Positions 24,852 to 32,889 of a DNA stretch of 51,869 nt are shown here, piece after piece. The notes below the pieces were generated by a model. It saw nothing but the letters and a program-made list of their open reading frames with translations. It had not been told where the DNA came from and did not search any database. A program made the translations under genes and the position numbers. How positions within the stretch are numbered: the stretch's first letter is position 1; each line of letters begins with the position of its first letter. Origin of the DNA: a virus; IMG/VR virus record IMGVR_UViG_3300020577_002236, positions 1 to 51,869 of that record, one strand, 5' to 3'.

Positions 24852-25478
24852 ATGCCCGACGAAAACGAACAACTTAAGACTGTCCTGAAAGACCCTACCA
24901 TGCAGGCTAAAGCTGTGGACCTCCTCGTGAGGAAGCGCCCAATGGGATGGGGTCGCCGCAGCATTGCACCTTACTTCAAAGAATGTTTTGGGATGGAAGC
25001 AAAGGCTGTGCTTGATGAGATGATGAAGTCTCGACAAGACCAAGTCTATGACTACCACACATTCAAAACGAAGTTCGGTATCAATGAGAATACCCTCTAC
25101 TTGCGAGTCAATCAGTCCATCATGTATGTGTGTGAGATGATGGACGATGCACAGCGCACCTATGGTAGGTTCTGTGAGATGTTTACTGTGAAGCGGAAGC
25201 GTGGTATTGGTGTAGTCCTTGAGTTCCGCCCTGAGTCACGTGAAGGTGCAGTGTCTGATTTCAAACCTAAGCCGATTGACCCTCAAGAAGAAGTGCCGAA
25301 GTGGAAGCAACGTATGCACAAGTTCCTTGAAGAGGGTGACATTGGTGAGACGTTCCTTCAAGAACGATTGGTGTTGACGAGAGATGAGATTAAAGCTCTT
25401 GAAGATTCACTGAAAGTTCCTGGGGTTATGTGCAACATTACTTCATACTCCGTCAAGATTCTAAAGGTTCAGCCATGA
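24852..25478 (+). CDS. Hypothetical protein (208 aa)
   Basis: First intact ORF after the 24481 promoter motif. No recognisable motif. Confidence 0.6.
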   Translation: MPDENEQLKTVLKDPTMQAKAVDLLVRKRPMGWGRRSIAPYFKECFGMEAKAVLDEMMKSRQDQVYDYHTFKTKFGINENTLYLRVNQSIMYVCEMMDDAQRTYGRFCEMFTVKRKRGIGVVLEFRPESREGAVSDFKPKPIDPQEEVPKWKQRMHKFLEEGDIGETFLQERLVLTRDEIKALEDSLKVPGVMCNITSYSVKILKVQP

Positions 25479-25708
25479 CATTAGAGCAGCTTCTTGATTG
25501 TTCAGCAGAGAAGTTGAAGGCAATGACAGACAAAGAACTAGAAGAGTTCTTCATGCCTTACTTCAATGTAACTAGGCCAGAGCAAGCAGCTAAACGTGTA
25601 GCTGTTACTGTTGCCGCTGTCTCGCCTGAGATGCAACAGAAGCTCAAATTGGCTGCGAGTATGGGTATTGATATTTCTGCTCTAAAGAAGAAACTTGGTA
25701 AAAAATAA
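25475..25708 (+). CDS. Hypothetical protein (77 aa)
   Basis: Start adjusted to ATG 25475 (ATGA overlap). Confidence 0.5.
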   Translation: MTLEQLLDCSAEKLKAMTDKELEEFFMPYFNVTRPEQAAKRVAVTVAAVSPEMQQKLKLAASMGIDISALKKKLGKK

Positions 25709-25709
25709 T

Positions 25710-25925
25710 ATGAAAACAAAACTATCATTCTGGCAATGGCTCATTGTTATTCCATTTGCAATCATCGTTGCAGTTGGGATTATATTGTTAATTAATTTTG
25801 TTCCATTCTTAATTTGGAACAAAGCAATTGCTCCAATGTTTGAGTGGCGTCTGATTACGTATTGGCAATGTCTTGGAATTTGTATGGCCATTTCATTTGT
25901 TGGCCGTCTTTTGTTTGGACGCTAA
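25710..25925 (+). CDS. Small integral membrane protein (71 aa)
   Basis: MKTKLSFWQWLIVIPFAIIVAVGIILLINFVPFLIW...CLGICMAISFVGRLLFG has 2-3 hydrophobic spans. Start adjusted to ATG 25710. Confidence 0.55.
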   Translation: MKTKLSFWQWLIVIPFAIIVAVGIILLINFVPFLIWNKAIAPMFEWRLITYWQCLGICMAISFVGRLLFGR

Positions 25926-25929
25926 GCTT

Positions 25930-26877
25930 ATGAGCAAAGTAATACTCAAACTCAACGCTACCGGTCTCAAGACTTCTGTCTGTGACTACAGAGCATGGCT
26001 CACTATGGTGCAAGGTTACTATAGTGGGACGCTGTCCAGCAAGATTATCTACGGTGTCGCTCTACACAAATACTTCGATACAATGTATCAAGAGCGTGGT
26101 CATATCGGAAAAGCTAGAGACGCAGCACTGAAAGCTTTCAATAGACCGATGACTCACGACAAGAAAGCTATGCATTACAGTGATAGCACTCACATGCTAG
26201 CTTCCGCCTATGATGCATGGGAGTTTCATATCAGCAAAGACCAAGAGTTCCAGACTATCATGCTGCCTGATGGCAAGCCAGCCACAGAAGTGACATTTTC
26301 CATCGGCGGGTATTATGAGGATGAGTTCTTGCGAGTAGACTTAGAAGGAACTATAGACCGCCTAGGTAAGATAACTGGTGGAGTCTATGCAATCAACGAC
26401 TTCAAATCTACTGGCACTTGGGACCAGATAGGTTACTTGAAGAAGTATGCCTTAGCACAGCAGATGAGGTTCTACATCTTAGCGATTAAGCTGATGGCAG
26501 AATCTGAACCTGACTCAGTGCTTGGACAGATTGGAAAGACTGATGTTGGGTATTGCATTGATGGCATCTTCATTAAGCCGAAACCTTGTGACAATGTCTA
26601 TAAGCGTTCCGAGGTGTTCATGGTTAAAGACTTGCCTGAGTTTCGTGAGTCACTTGACAGTAAGATTCAAGACTTGTCTCGCATGTTAGCTCGTGTCCGG
26701 GAAGGTAAGTTACCCCTTAAGACAGGCATAGTGAATGGTGGATGCGAAGGCAAGTGGGGGATGTGCAACTTCTGGAACATCTGTAAGTCGCAAGACCCTG
26801 CTATTGCTGCGATGCTGTTAGAGCGTGATTTCAAACAGAAACCTTATAATCCATTAGCACACAATGAAGAAGTATGA
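25930..26877 (+). CDS. PD-(D/E)XK exonuclease, Cas4/RecB-like with a 4-Cys cluster
   Basis: 'VDLEGTIDRL', 'YAINDFKST' (D..D/ExK core), 'QQMRFY' (QxxxY), one N-terminal Cys (TSVCDY) and a C-terminal 'CEGKWGMCNFWNIC'. Start adjusted to ATG 25930. Confidence 0.7.
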   Translation: MSKVILKLNATGLKTSVCDYRAWLTMVQGYYSGTLSSKIIYGVALHKYFDTMYQERGHIGKARDAALKAFNRPMTHDKKAMHYSDSTHMLASAYDAWEFHISKDQEFQTIMLPDGKPATEVTFSIGGYYEDEFLRVDLEGTIDRLGKITGGVYAINDFKSTGTWDQIGYLKKYALAQQMRFYILAIKLMAESEPDSVLGQIGKTDVGYCIDGIFIKPKPCDNVYKRSEVFMVKDLPEFRESLDSKIQDLSRMLARVREGKLPLKTGIVNGGCEGKWGMCNFWNICKSQDPAIAAMLLERDFKQKPYNPLAHNEEV

Positions 26878-27404
26878 TAACTGTAATAGGAATCTCCGGG
26901 AAGAAAACCACAGGGAAAGATACTCTTTGTCAACTGATGCTCAAGAACGCAGCAGTTAAAGGGTGCAGAGTAGGATTTGCTGATGCATTGAAAGATGAAG
27001 TAGCTAAAGCTGTCGGTAAGACTTCTCAATTCATTGAAGCAAACAAAGCACAGTTTCGTGATATATTGCAGTGGTGGGGAACTGACTTCCGCAGATACTA
27101 CGAGGGTGAGAACTATTGGGTTGACCAAGCAATCATTAAGATTGACCAAAAGGTTAGACAGGGATTTCAGTTAATCATCATTCCTGATGTCCGATTTCTT
27201 TCAGAAGCTGAGTCACTCAGGGAACTTGGTGCTCACCTTATTCGGGTGTCTCGTCCCATTGTAAGCAATGATACTCATAGCTCCGAAACAGAACTTGACT
27301 CCTACGATAAGTTCAACCACATAGTTCTGAACTCTGGTTCACTTTCTCTCCTTGAAGAAGAAGCTCGCTTATTGCTTTCCTCTTGTAATATTCCACTAAA
27401 ATAA
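26874..27404 (+). CDS. Deoxynucleoside monophosphate kinase-like P-loop protein
   Basis: The N-terminal 'MITVIGISGKKTTGKDT' P-loop and the 176-aa size fit the phage dNMP-kinase family. Confidence 0.6.
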   Translation: MITVIGISGKKTTGKDTLCQLMLKNAAVKGCRVGFADALKDEVAKAVGKTSQFIEANKAQFRDILQWWGTDFRRYYEGENYWVDQAIIKIDQKVRQGFQLIIIPDVRFLSEAESLRELGAHLIRVSRPIVSNDTHSSETELDSYDKFNHIVLNSGSLSLLEEEARLLLSSCNIPLK

Positions 27405-27416
27405 ACTATCACAAAT

Positions 27417-28298
27417 ATGTCATCTGAACTATACATTCCACCGGGATGCACTCGTCTGTCTGAACTCAAAGATATCCCACAAATCCGCCTCGGGATTCAA
27501 GGCTTACCTGACAAAGGTAAAACATGGGCTGCTCTCACATTTCCAAACCCAGTAGTAGCTAACTTAGACAGAGGTCTGGGTGCTCACTTTGGTAGGTCTG
27601 ATGTCATTGAGATACCTTTTCATGATGAAGCTTTCTGCAAGAAGATTGACCCGAACTACACCATCCATCGTAAGAAAGATATGCTCCTCACTTGGTTGAT
27701 GCAGTATGGGGCTAAGCTCCAGCCGAATCAGACTCTTGTTTGGGATGGTAACACTAGTACACAGAACGCTTACCATGTTTGGTATGAGGAGAACAAGCAT
27801 CGCTTCCTAACGAAGGATGGCAAAGTCAATGACTTCGCTGAGTGGAATCAGAAGGTAGCTTACTTCTCTGCTCTGTTCGATATCCTCGTTACTCTTAAGT
27901 GTCACGTTGTGTATCTCTGTCATGAAGTAGACATGGCTGACAAAGTAGGCATCGGGGAAGCTAAGCGTTACTCCGGGAAGATTCGCCCACTGATGACAGG
28001 CCAGATGGGTGATGAGATGGTTGGTCACTTTACTGATTGGTTTCGCCAACACAAAACACTAAAGCCTGCTGACTACAACAAGGTAGACAGTGATATACTC
28101 CGCCACTGGAGAATGACAAGTGCGGAGTTCAAAGCTATGTGTGAGTCGTTCACTGGTGACTATGTGTATTATTGGCAAGTACAAACAGATGACATTTTTG
28201 ACTCTAAGTCATCGTCATTATATTTGCCCCCAAGATTTATTCCTGCTAATTATAGTTCTTTTATAAAACATCGTCGTGAAATTACTCCAAATAAATAA
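27417..28298 (+). CDS. AAA_24 / Sak4-like RecA-fold ATPase (recombination or replication accessory)
   Basis: The P-loop 'GIQGLPDKGKTWAALTF' is followed by 'NLDRGL', and a Walker-B-like 'VVYLCHE' is present. It sits between the nuclease and the SSB-like gene. Confidence 0.5.
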   Translation: MSSELYIPPGCTRLSELKDIPQIRLGIQGLPDKGKTWAALTFPNPVVANLDRGLGAHFGRSDVIEIPFHDEAFCKKIDPNYTIHRKKDMLLTWLMQYGAKLQPNQTLVWDGNTSTQNAYHVWYEENKHRFLTKDGKVNDFAEWNQKVAYFSALFDILVTLKCHVVYLCHEVDMADKVGIGEAKRYSGKIRPLMTGQMGDEMVGHFTDWFRQHKTLKPADYNKVDSDILRHWRMTSAEFKAMCESFTGDYVYYWQVQTDDIFDSKSSSLYLPPRFIPANYSSFIKHRREITPNK

Positions 28299-28743
28299 AT
28301 CTGACAAACTTGCTATAGTTGATGATGAAGATGCATCAAGACTTAGCAAGTTCATTTGGTGGTTTAATGGTACTGTCTCACGTGTTGAACATAGACATTA
28401 TAAAACTTATCATTACAGTATGGCAAATACGGTAATGAATAATTATGATGTGATGTTTGATCATAAAGATAGAAATCCATTGAACAATCAAAAGAATAAT
28501 TTGAGAGTAGCAACATACTCACAAAATTGTAGGAATGTTGCAAAGAAGCCGAATACAATTTCAAAATATAAAGGTGTATCCTTTCATAAAACAAAGAAGA
28601 AGTGGATTGCTTCTATAAGAAAAGATAGAACTTTAATCCATCTTGGGTATTTCGAATTAGAAACAGATGCAGCTAAAGCATATGATGCAAAGGCAAAAGA
28701 AATAGACAAAGATTTTGCAGTATTGAATTTCTCTGTAGCATAA
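28276..28743 (+). CDS. Free-standing HNH-AP2 homing endonuclease (copy 2)
   Basis: 'IVDDEDASRL', 'DHKDRNPLNNQKNNLRVATYSQN' and 'YKGVSFHKTKKKWIASI...IHLGYFELETDAAKAYDAKAKE..KDFAVLNF'. It has a GTG start overlapping the upstream gene. Confidence 0.8.
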   Translation: MKLLQINKSDKLAIVDDEDASRLSKFIWWFNGTVSRVEHRHYKTYHYSMANTVMNNYDVMFDHKDRNPLNNQKNNLRVATYSQNCRNVAKKPNTISKYKGVSFHKTKKKWIASIRKDRTLIHLGYFELETDAAKAYDAKAKEIDKDFAVLNFSVA

Positions 28744-28807
28744 ACTGTAGTGTTATGGAGATTGTTAGAAAACAACATGGCTGGTATCCTATCTACCAAC
28801 AAAACAA

Positions 28808-29347
28808 ATGAGTACTAAATACAATAAGTCACTGAAACTCCCTACCGATAACTACATCCTCCGTGTGATTGAGGAGTCTTTCGCTCCTTCGAAGACCTCT
28901 GGTAATCCGATGATTACTTTGAAGACTGAGATTCAATCACCCAGTGAGATCAAGATCGGTGAAGAAGATGTGACTGTAGCTGGGGTTACTATTCCTTACT
29001 ACATCACCACAATGAACTTGCAAGATGCAGAGAAATCTGAGGCTTGCCGTAAGCGTTGTGTGGTTGGGACGAAAGAACAACCGGGTCTGTATCAGATGTT
29101 CGGACTTGACCCTGCTACATTCAATCCTGAAAACCCGGGACTTGGGTTCAAGGGTAAATTGTTCCATGCTCGCTTGAGCTGTGACACGCAGGCAGCACGG
29201 AAAGACCCAACTCCTGAACAAGTCAAGAAAGGTGAGCAGGGTGACATCATCAAGAACCCTGTGACTGGGAACGAGGTTGTGTTCTATCAGCCGAAGATTG
29301 CTGAAATCTACGGGCTGGCGAAAGATAATGTTGGCGGAACATTCTAA
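28808..29347 (+). CDS. Putative ssDNA-binding protein
   Basis: 179 aa, positioned between recombination genes and the polymerase. It is OB-fold-like and beta-rich with a Gly-rich tail. Assigned by context, not by a firm motif. Confidence 0.4.
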   Translation: MSTKYNKSLKLPTDNYILRVIEESFAPSKTSGNPMITLKTEIQSPSEIKIGEEDVTVAGVTIPYYITTMNLQDAEKSEACRKRCVVGTKEQPGLYQMFGLDPATFNPENPGLGFKGKLFHARLSCDTQAARKDPTPEQVKKGEQGDIIKNPVTGNEVVFYQPKIAEIYGLAKDNVGGTF

Positions 29348-29351
29348 TCAT

Positions 29352-29585
29352 ATGAGCCGCAACACTTCTGAAATGACCGGCGGTGAGCAAGCCTCATTCA
29401 AAGAGACACTCATCTTAAACTTGCAACGCAACAAGGAAATCTTGAAACAGAACATTGCTGCTATCAATCGCGGTATTGTTCTGTGTGACGAGCTTGTTGA
29501 CATTCTCGAAGAAGATGGGTCTGCCTCCATCTTTGCTGAGAAGATGCAAGAACTGCAATCAATCAACCTGCCACAGGGACGTTGA
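29352..29585 (+). CDS. Hypothetical protein (77 aa)
   Basis: Start adjusted to ATG 29352. Confidence 0.5.
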   Translation: MSRNTSEMTGGEQASFKETLILNLQRNKEILKQNIAAINRGIVLCDELVDILEEDGSASIFAEKMQELQSINLPQGR

Positions 29586-29586
29586 T

Positions 29587-29784
29587 ATGGACCTGAACTA
29601 CTACGATAGTCCTAAACCCTGCGCTGAGGTTTGTACTGATAGTGGCAGACCCTCAGTCAAAGCTCGTCTTGAACGTCAAAAAGTTGAACTTGAAACTCAA
29701 CTTAAACGTGTCAACGAAGCTCTTGATGCTCTCAACGCTAATCCAGAAGTTGCTCGTGTTCTGGAATTAGTGAGCAAAGTGTAA
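29587..29784 (+). CDS. Hypothetical coiled-coil protein (65 aa)
   Basis: Start adjusted to ATG 29587 (MDLNYYDSPKPC...). Confidence 0.5.
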   Translation: MDLNYYDSPKPCAEVCTDSGRPSVKARLERQKVELETQLKRVNEALDALNANPEVARVLELVSKV

Positions 29785-29796
29785 TGAACTAGCCGC

Positions 29797-29820
29797 TGGC
29801 ATACCGGTTAATGTATGCCA
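29797..29820 (+). terminator. Hairpin (weak terminator or processing site)
   Basis: TGGCATAC (29797-804) pairs with GTATGCCA (29813-20) for an 8-bp stem. The downstream T-tract is poor. Confidence 0.35.
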
Positions 29821-29945
29821 ACCATTTAACTTTATGCGCATAACAATCCTGTTCATAGCTCTTCTGTTCTGGCAAAAAGATGTTCCACCTATTGCATATC
29901 TAGCTGTGTTGTGGTCTTTCATTTGTGACTTAGCTGAACTGAATT

Positions 29946-32405
29946 ATGACATATCTCAGAACTAAACCATCACTCACTTACAGTGGGCTTACTGTAGTTC
30001 TATCTAATCCTAGCCGCTTCGACAAAGTTCGATTGTTGACTGCTGGTGGTGGACATGTCCTTAATGATTTCTGCTTGCGGCCTGAACTTAATGTAATGCA
30101 GTGTGATGTCCGGGTAGCTGATGACCCTTCTCCACTGTTGCCTAATACTAAGTGCCTTATAGTTCTAGGCGAATATGCAATGCACAAACTGTTGCCAGCT
30201 ACTAGGCAGAACACTCTTAATGAGATGCGAGGCTCACTACAGCAGTATCAAGGCTTGCCAGCTATTCCTTCATTCTACCCACAAGATGCAGCAGACCCTA
30301 AGAATTTCGAGAAAGATTACAATGAAGCACACATGGTGTTTGCTGATGAAGATGAAGGTTCAGAGAACGACGAGGAAGATGGGAAGACACATGGTAGGAC
30401 TGACCGAAAGAACTATGCTTTCTGGATGCGAGCTGACATTAAGAAAGCAAAGTGGATATTGAAGAATGGACTTCCGCCTATAGAACCTGAACCACAATAT
30501 GTGAACAATCCTTCGTCACAGGACTTGATAGAAGTCTTGTCGACAACTAAGGATTGTTTCATGGACTTCGATATTGAGACTGACTATGAAGAACAGAATC
30601 TGCAATGCTTCTCTTTCACCTTTGATGGTAGGGTTGTTTATAACGTGCCAGTGCTGGACTACAACTACAAGCCTGCATATGGTGCGTTGCCACAGATACT
30701 TCGTGCGCTTTCTTGTGCAATCAAGAACAATACTTTAGTCGCACATAACGGTGCTTGCTTTGACTTCCTAGTCTTGCCTTATAAATATCGTATCCCTGTC
30801 TACAACGTCTTCGACACAATGTGCGCAATGCACAGATGCTTCCCGACAGTAGAGAAATCCTTGGGACATTGTTTTACTGGAGAATCCTTAGTTGATACTT
30901 TGTGTGGAAAAGTTGCGATAAAAGATCTTGTTGGTAAAAAAGATTTTACAGTTTGGTCATGGAAAAATGGAAATCCTTTTCCAGCAAAAGTTAATAACGT
31001 TTTTAAGACCAAAGAAAAAACGAGTATTGTTAGAGTTCATTTGTGGAGAAAGACTAATAATGGCGAAGGATTTAATTATGAAAAAACTTACATTGATTGT
31101 ACACCAGAACATTTGTTTTTAGTGGATGATAAATGGGTTAAGGCAGAAGACTTAAGTAATGGTGTTAAGTTAACACGTCTTCGTATTCATTATGGAAAAG
31201 AATATAAACAATATGATCGCATTGTTTATAAAAATTCTAATGGAGAAGATGTCAGAGAACGTGTTCATAAATATGTTTTTGAATGTTTGTTTTGGAAAAC
31301 AAACAAATATGTACATCATGTTGATGAGGATAAACATAACAATGAGCCAAACAATTTAAAAGAGCTGACTGAAAAAGAGCATAATACATTACACATGTCT
31401 TTATTGCACAAGAAAAAAGATATTACAAGTTGTGTTGTAGGTACATTTAAAAATGGTATTACTGGTCAATGGGACATCTTAAAAAAAGAAACATTAGAAA
31501 AATTGTATAATTCAGGAATGTCTCAAGCGGAAATCGCAAAAATATACAACACGACTCAAGCATCAATTAGATTGTTGCTGAAAAAACATGAGATTAAAAT
31601 TAGATCACAGAAAGAAGGACAAAGACTTTTTTATGCAAAAAATAAAAATTGTACTGTGTTGGGTGTTGAATATTTAAAAGATCTTCAAGATGTTTACTGT
31701 ATGGAGGTGGAGGATACTCATTGTTTTTCTGTAAACAATGTGATAGTTCATAATTGCACTTCTTACTGGACATGGCAACAGTTCCATAAAGATGAGGACA
31801 GCCGAGGTTACAGAACCCCTGAGCAGATGAAGCAACGCATGGCTTATTGTGGGAAGGATGTCTTTACGATGCACCTTATCCGAAAAGCTATCATGGCTTA
31901 CGCTAAGACTGTCCCTGGGCTGGAGCACTCCATTGCTACAGTGATGAAGCAGATTGTCCCGTATATTGCCACTACTCTCCAAGGTATAGGTTATGATGAA
32001 ACTCTGAGGCAGAGTATGAGAGCGGAGAATGACGCGCTGATGGAACAATACTTGCGTATGATTCGGATACTGATAGGCGAGACTGGGTTACTTGAAGTGC
32101 AATCTTGCTTGAAGGGTAAAGCTAAAGCATTCCCCGGTAGCAATAAGCAGTGCGTCCAATATTTCCATAACATACTCGGTTACCCTATTGTGCATCGCTC
32201 TAAGCCAGATAAGAATGGTGTGAGGAATCCGTCACTAGCTAAGCAAGCAATGTTCAAACTCCGCCTTAAACATAACAACCCTGTGATTGATATCTGTAAC
32301 TTGTATCGTGGGGTGAAGTTGGAGACTACTACCCCTCTTGGGTTCTATCCTTGGAAAGATGACAACAATAAAATAATGCCATATGAAACAAATACAATTA
32401 TCTAA
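29946..32405 (+). CDS. Family-A DNA polymerase, N-terminal piece (UDG-like N-domain + 3'-5' exonuclease + thumb), carrying an intein
   Basis: Exo I 'FDIETD', Exo II 'AHNGACFDFLVL' and Exo III 'YCGKDV'. The intein is inserted between Exo II and Exo III. The reading frame ends 22 nt inside the HNH-AP2 ORF, with no polymerase motifs A-C in this piece. Confidence 0.8.
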   Translation: MTYLRTKPSLTYSGLTVVLSNPSRFDKVRLLTAGGGHVLNDFCLRPELNVMQCDVRVADDPSPLLPNTKCLIVLGEYAMHKLLPATRQNTLNEMRGSLQQYQGLPAIPSFYPQDAADPKNFEKDYNEAHMVFADEDEGSENDEEDGKTHGRTDRKNYAFWMRADIKKAKWILKNGLPPIEPEPQYVNNPSSQDLIEVLSTTKDCFMDFDIETDYEEQNLQCFSFTFDGRVVYNVPVLDYNYKPAYGALPQILRALSCAIKNNTLVAHNGACFDFLVLPYKYRIPVYNVFDTMCAMHRCFPTVEKSLGHCFTGESLVDTLCGKVAIKDLVGKKDFTVWSWKNGNPFPAKVNNVFKTKEKTSIVRVHLWRKTNNGEGFNYEKTYIDCTPEHLFLVDDKWVKAEDLSNGVKLTRLRIHYGKEYKQYDRIVYKNSNGEDVRERVHKYVFECLFWKTNKYVHHVDEDKHNNEPNNLKELTEKEHNTLHMSLLHKKKDITSCVVGTFKNGITGQWDILKKETLEKLYNSGMSQAEIAKIYNTTQASIRLLLKKHEIKIRSQKEGQRLFYAKNKNCTVLGVEYLKDLQDVYCMEVEDTHCFSVNNVIVHNCTSYWTWQQFHKDEDSRGYRTPEQMKQRMAYCGKDVFTMHLIRKAIMAYAKTVPGLEHSIATVMKQIVPYIATTLQGIGYDETLRQSMRAENDALMEQYLRMIRILIGETGLLEVQSCLKGKAKAFPGSNKQCVQYFHNILGYPIVHRSKPDKNGVRNPSLAKQAMFKLRLKHNNPVIDICNLYRGVKLETTTPLGFYPWKDDNNKIMPYETNTII
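30870..31754 (+). mobile_element. Intein (295 aa) with HNH endonuclease and HTH domains
   Basis: Junctions are ...SLGH|CFTGESLVDT (block A, Cys1 at 30870) and ...NNVIVHN|CTSYW (block G, +1 Cys at 31755). Block B is 'TPEH' and block F is 'CMEVEDTHCFSV'. Internally it has 'HHVDEDKHNNEPNNL.ELTEKEHNTLH' (HNH) and 'GMSQAEIAKIYNTTQASIRLLLKK' (HTH). Confidence 0.85.
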
Positions 32406-32889
32406 TTCAACTGCAATTGCACTAGTTGATGATGAAGATTATCATTATGTCATGAGCCATAATACAGTCTGGACTCACATGGCAAGTGGTGCAGCAGCTA
32501 GAAGCAAGTTAAAGTTTTCAAAAACCGAACCTGGTAAAGGTAGAAAAATGTCAATGCACAGATTAGTGTTAAGAATGTTTGATTCTGCAGACGGTTGGGA
32601 TGTTGACCATATAAACAGAAATAATTTAGATAACAGAAAAGAAAATTTAAGAGTGTGTGAGCATTATAAAAACCTACATAATGTAGAAAAATCTAAGAGA
32701 GATTTAACATCTAAATATAAGGGAGTTTCATGGCATAAAAAAGGTCGTAAATGGCAAGTTCATTTGTCTGTTGGTGGTAGGAGAATTTATGGTGGATTGT
32801 TTGAAAATGAAAATGACGCAGCATTGATGGCTAATGAGATGATGTCTAAATATGTTGGAGAGTTTGCATATTTGAATACAATCTCATGA
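32383..32889 (+). CDS. HNH-AP2 homing endonuclease (copy 3) inserted inside the DNA polymerase gene
   Basis: 'IALVDDEDYHY', 'DHINRNNLDNRKENLRVCEH' and 'YKGVSWHKKGRKWQV...GGLFENENDAA...YVGEFAYLN'. It overlaps the pol N-piece by 23 nt and the pol C-piece start by 4 nt. Confidence 0.8.
   Translation: MKQIQLSNSTAIALVDDEDYHYVMSHNTVWTHMASGAAARSKLKFSKTEPGKGRKMSMHRLVLRMFDSADGWDVDHINRNNLDNRKENLRVCEHYKNLHNVEKSKRDLTSKYKGVSWHKKGRKWQVHLSVGGRRIYGGLFENENDAALMANEMMSKYVGEFAYLNTIS

Noticed and set aside
27944-27960. AGGCATCGGGGAAGCTA with GG-N10-GC spacing
   Set aside because: It lacks the T of TGGCA, has a poor -12 element and is intragenic, so it is likely chance.
29834-29965. 43-codon hydrophobic ORF (MRITILFIALLFWQKDVPP...) upstream of and overlapping the polymerase start
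   Set aside because: It is short, overlaps the polymerase start by 20 nt and has no supporting signal. It could be real, but the sequence alone does not support it.
32383-32889. Group I intron carrying the HNH-AP2 ORF inside the polymerase gene
   Set aside because: The endonuclease ORF overlaps both polymerase pieces (23 nt and 4 nt). That leaves no non-coding sequence for the P3-P8 ribozyme core. The downstream piece also has its own ATG in an ATGA overlap, which is typical of translational coupling.
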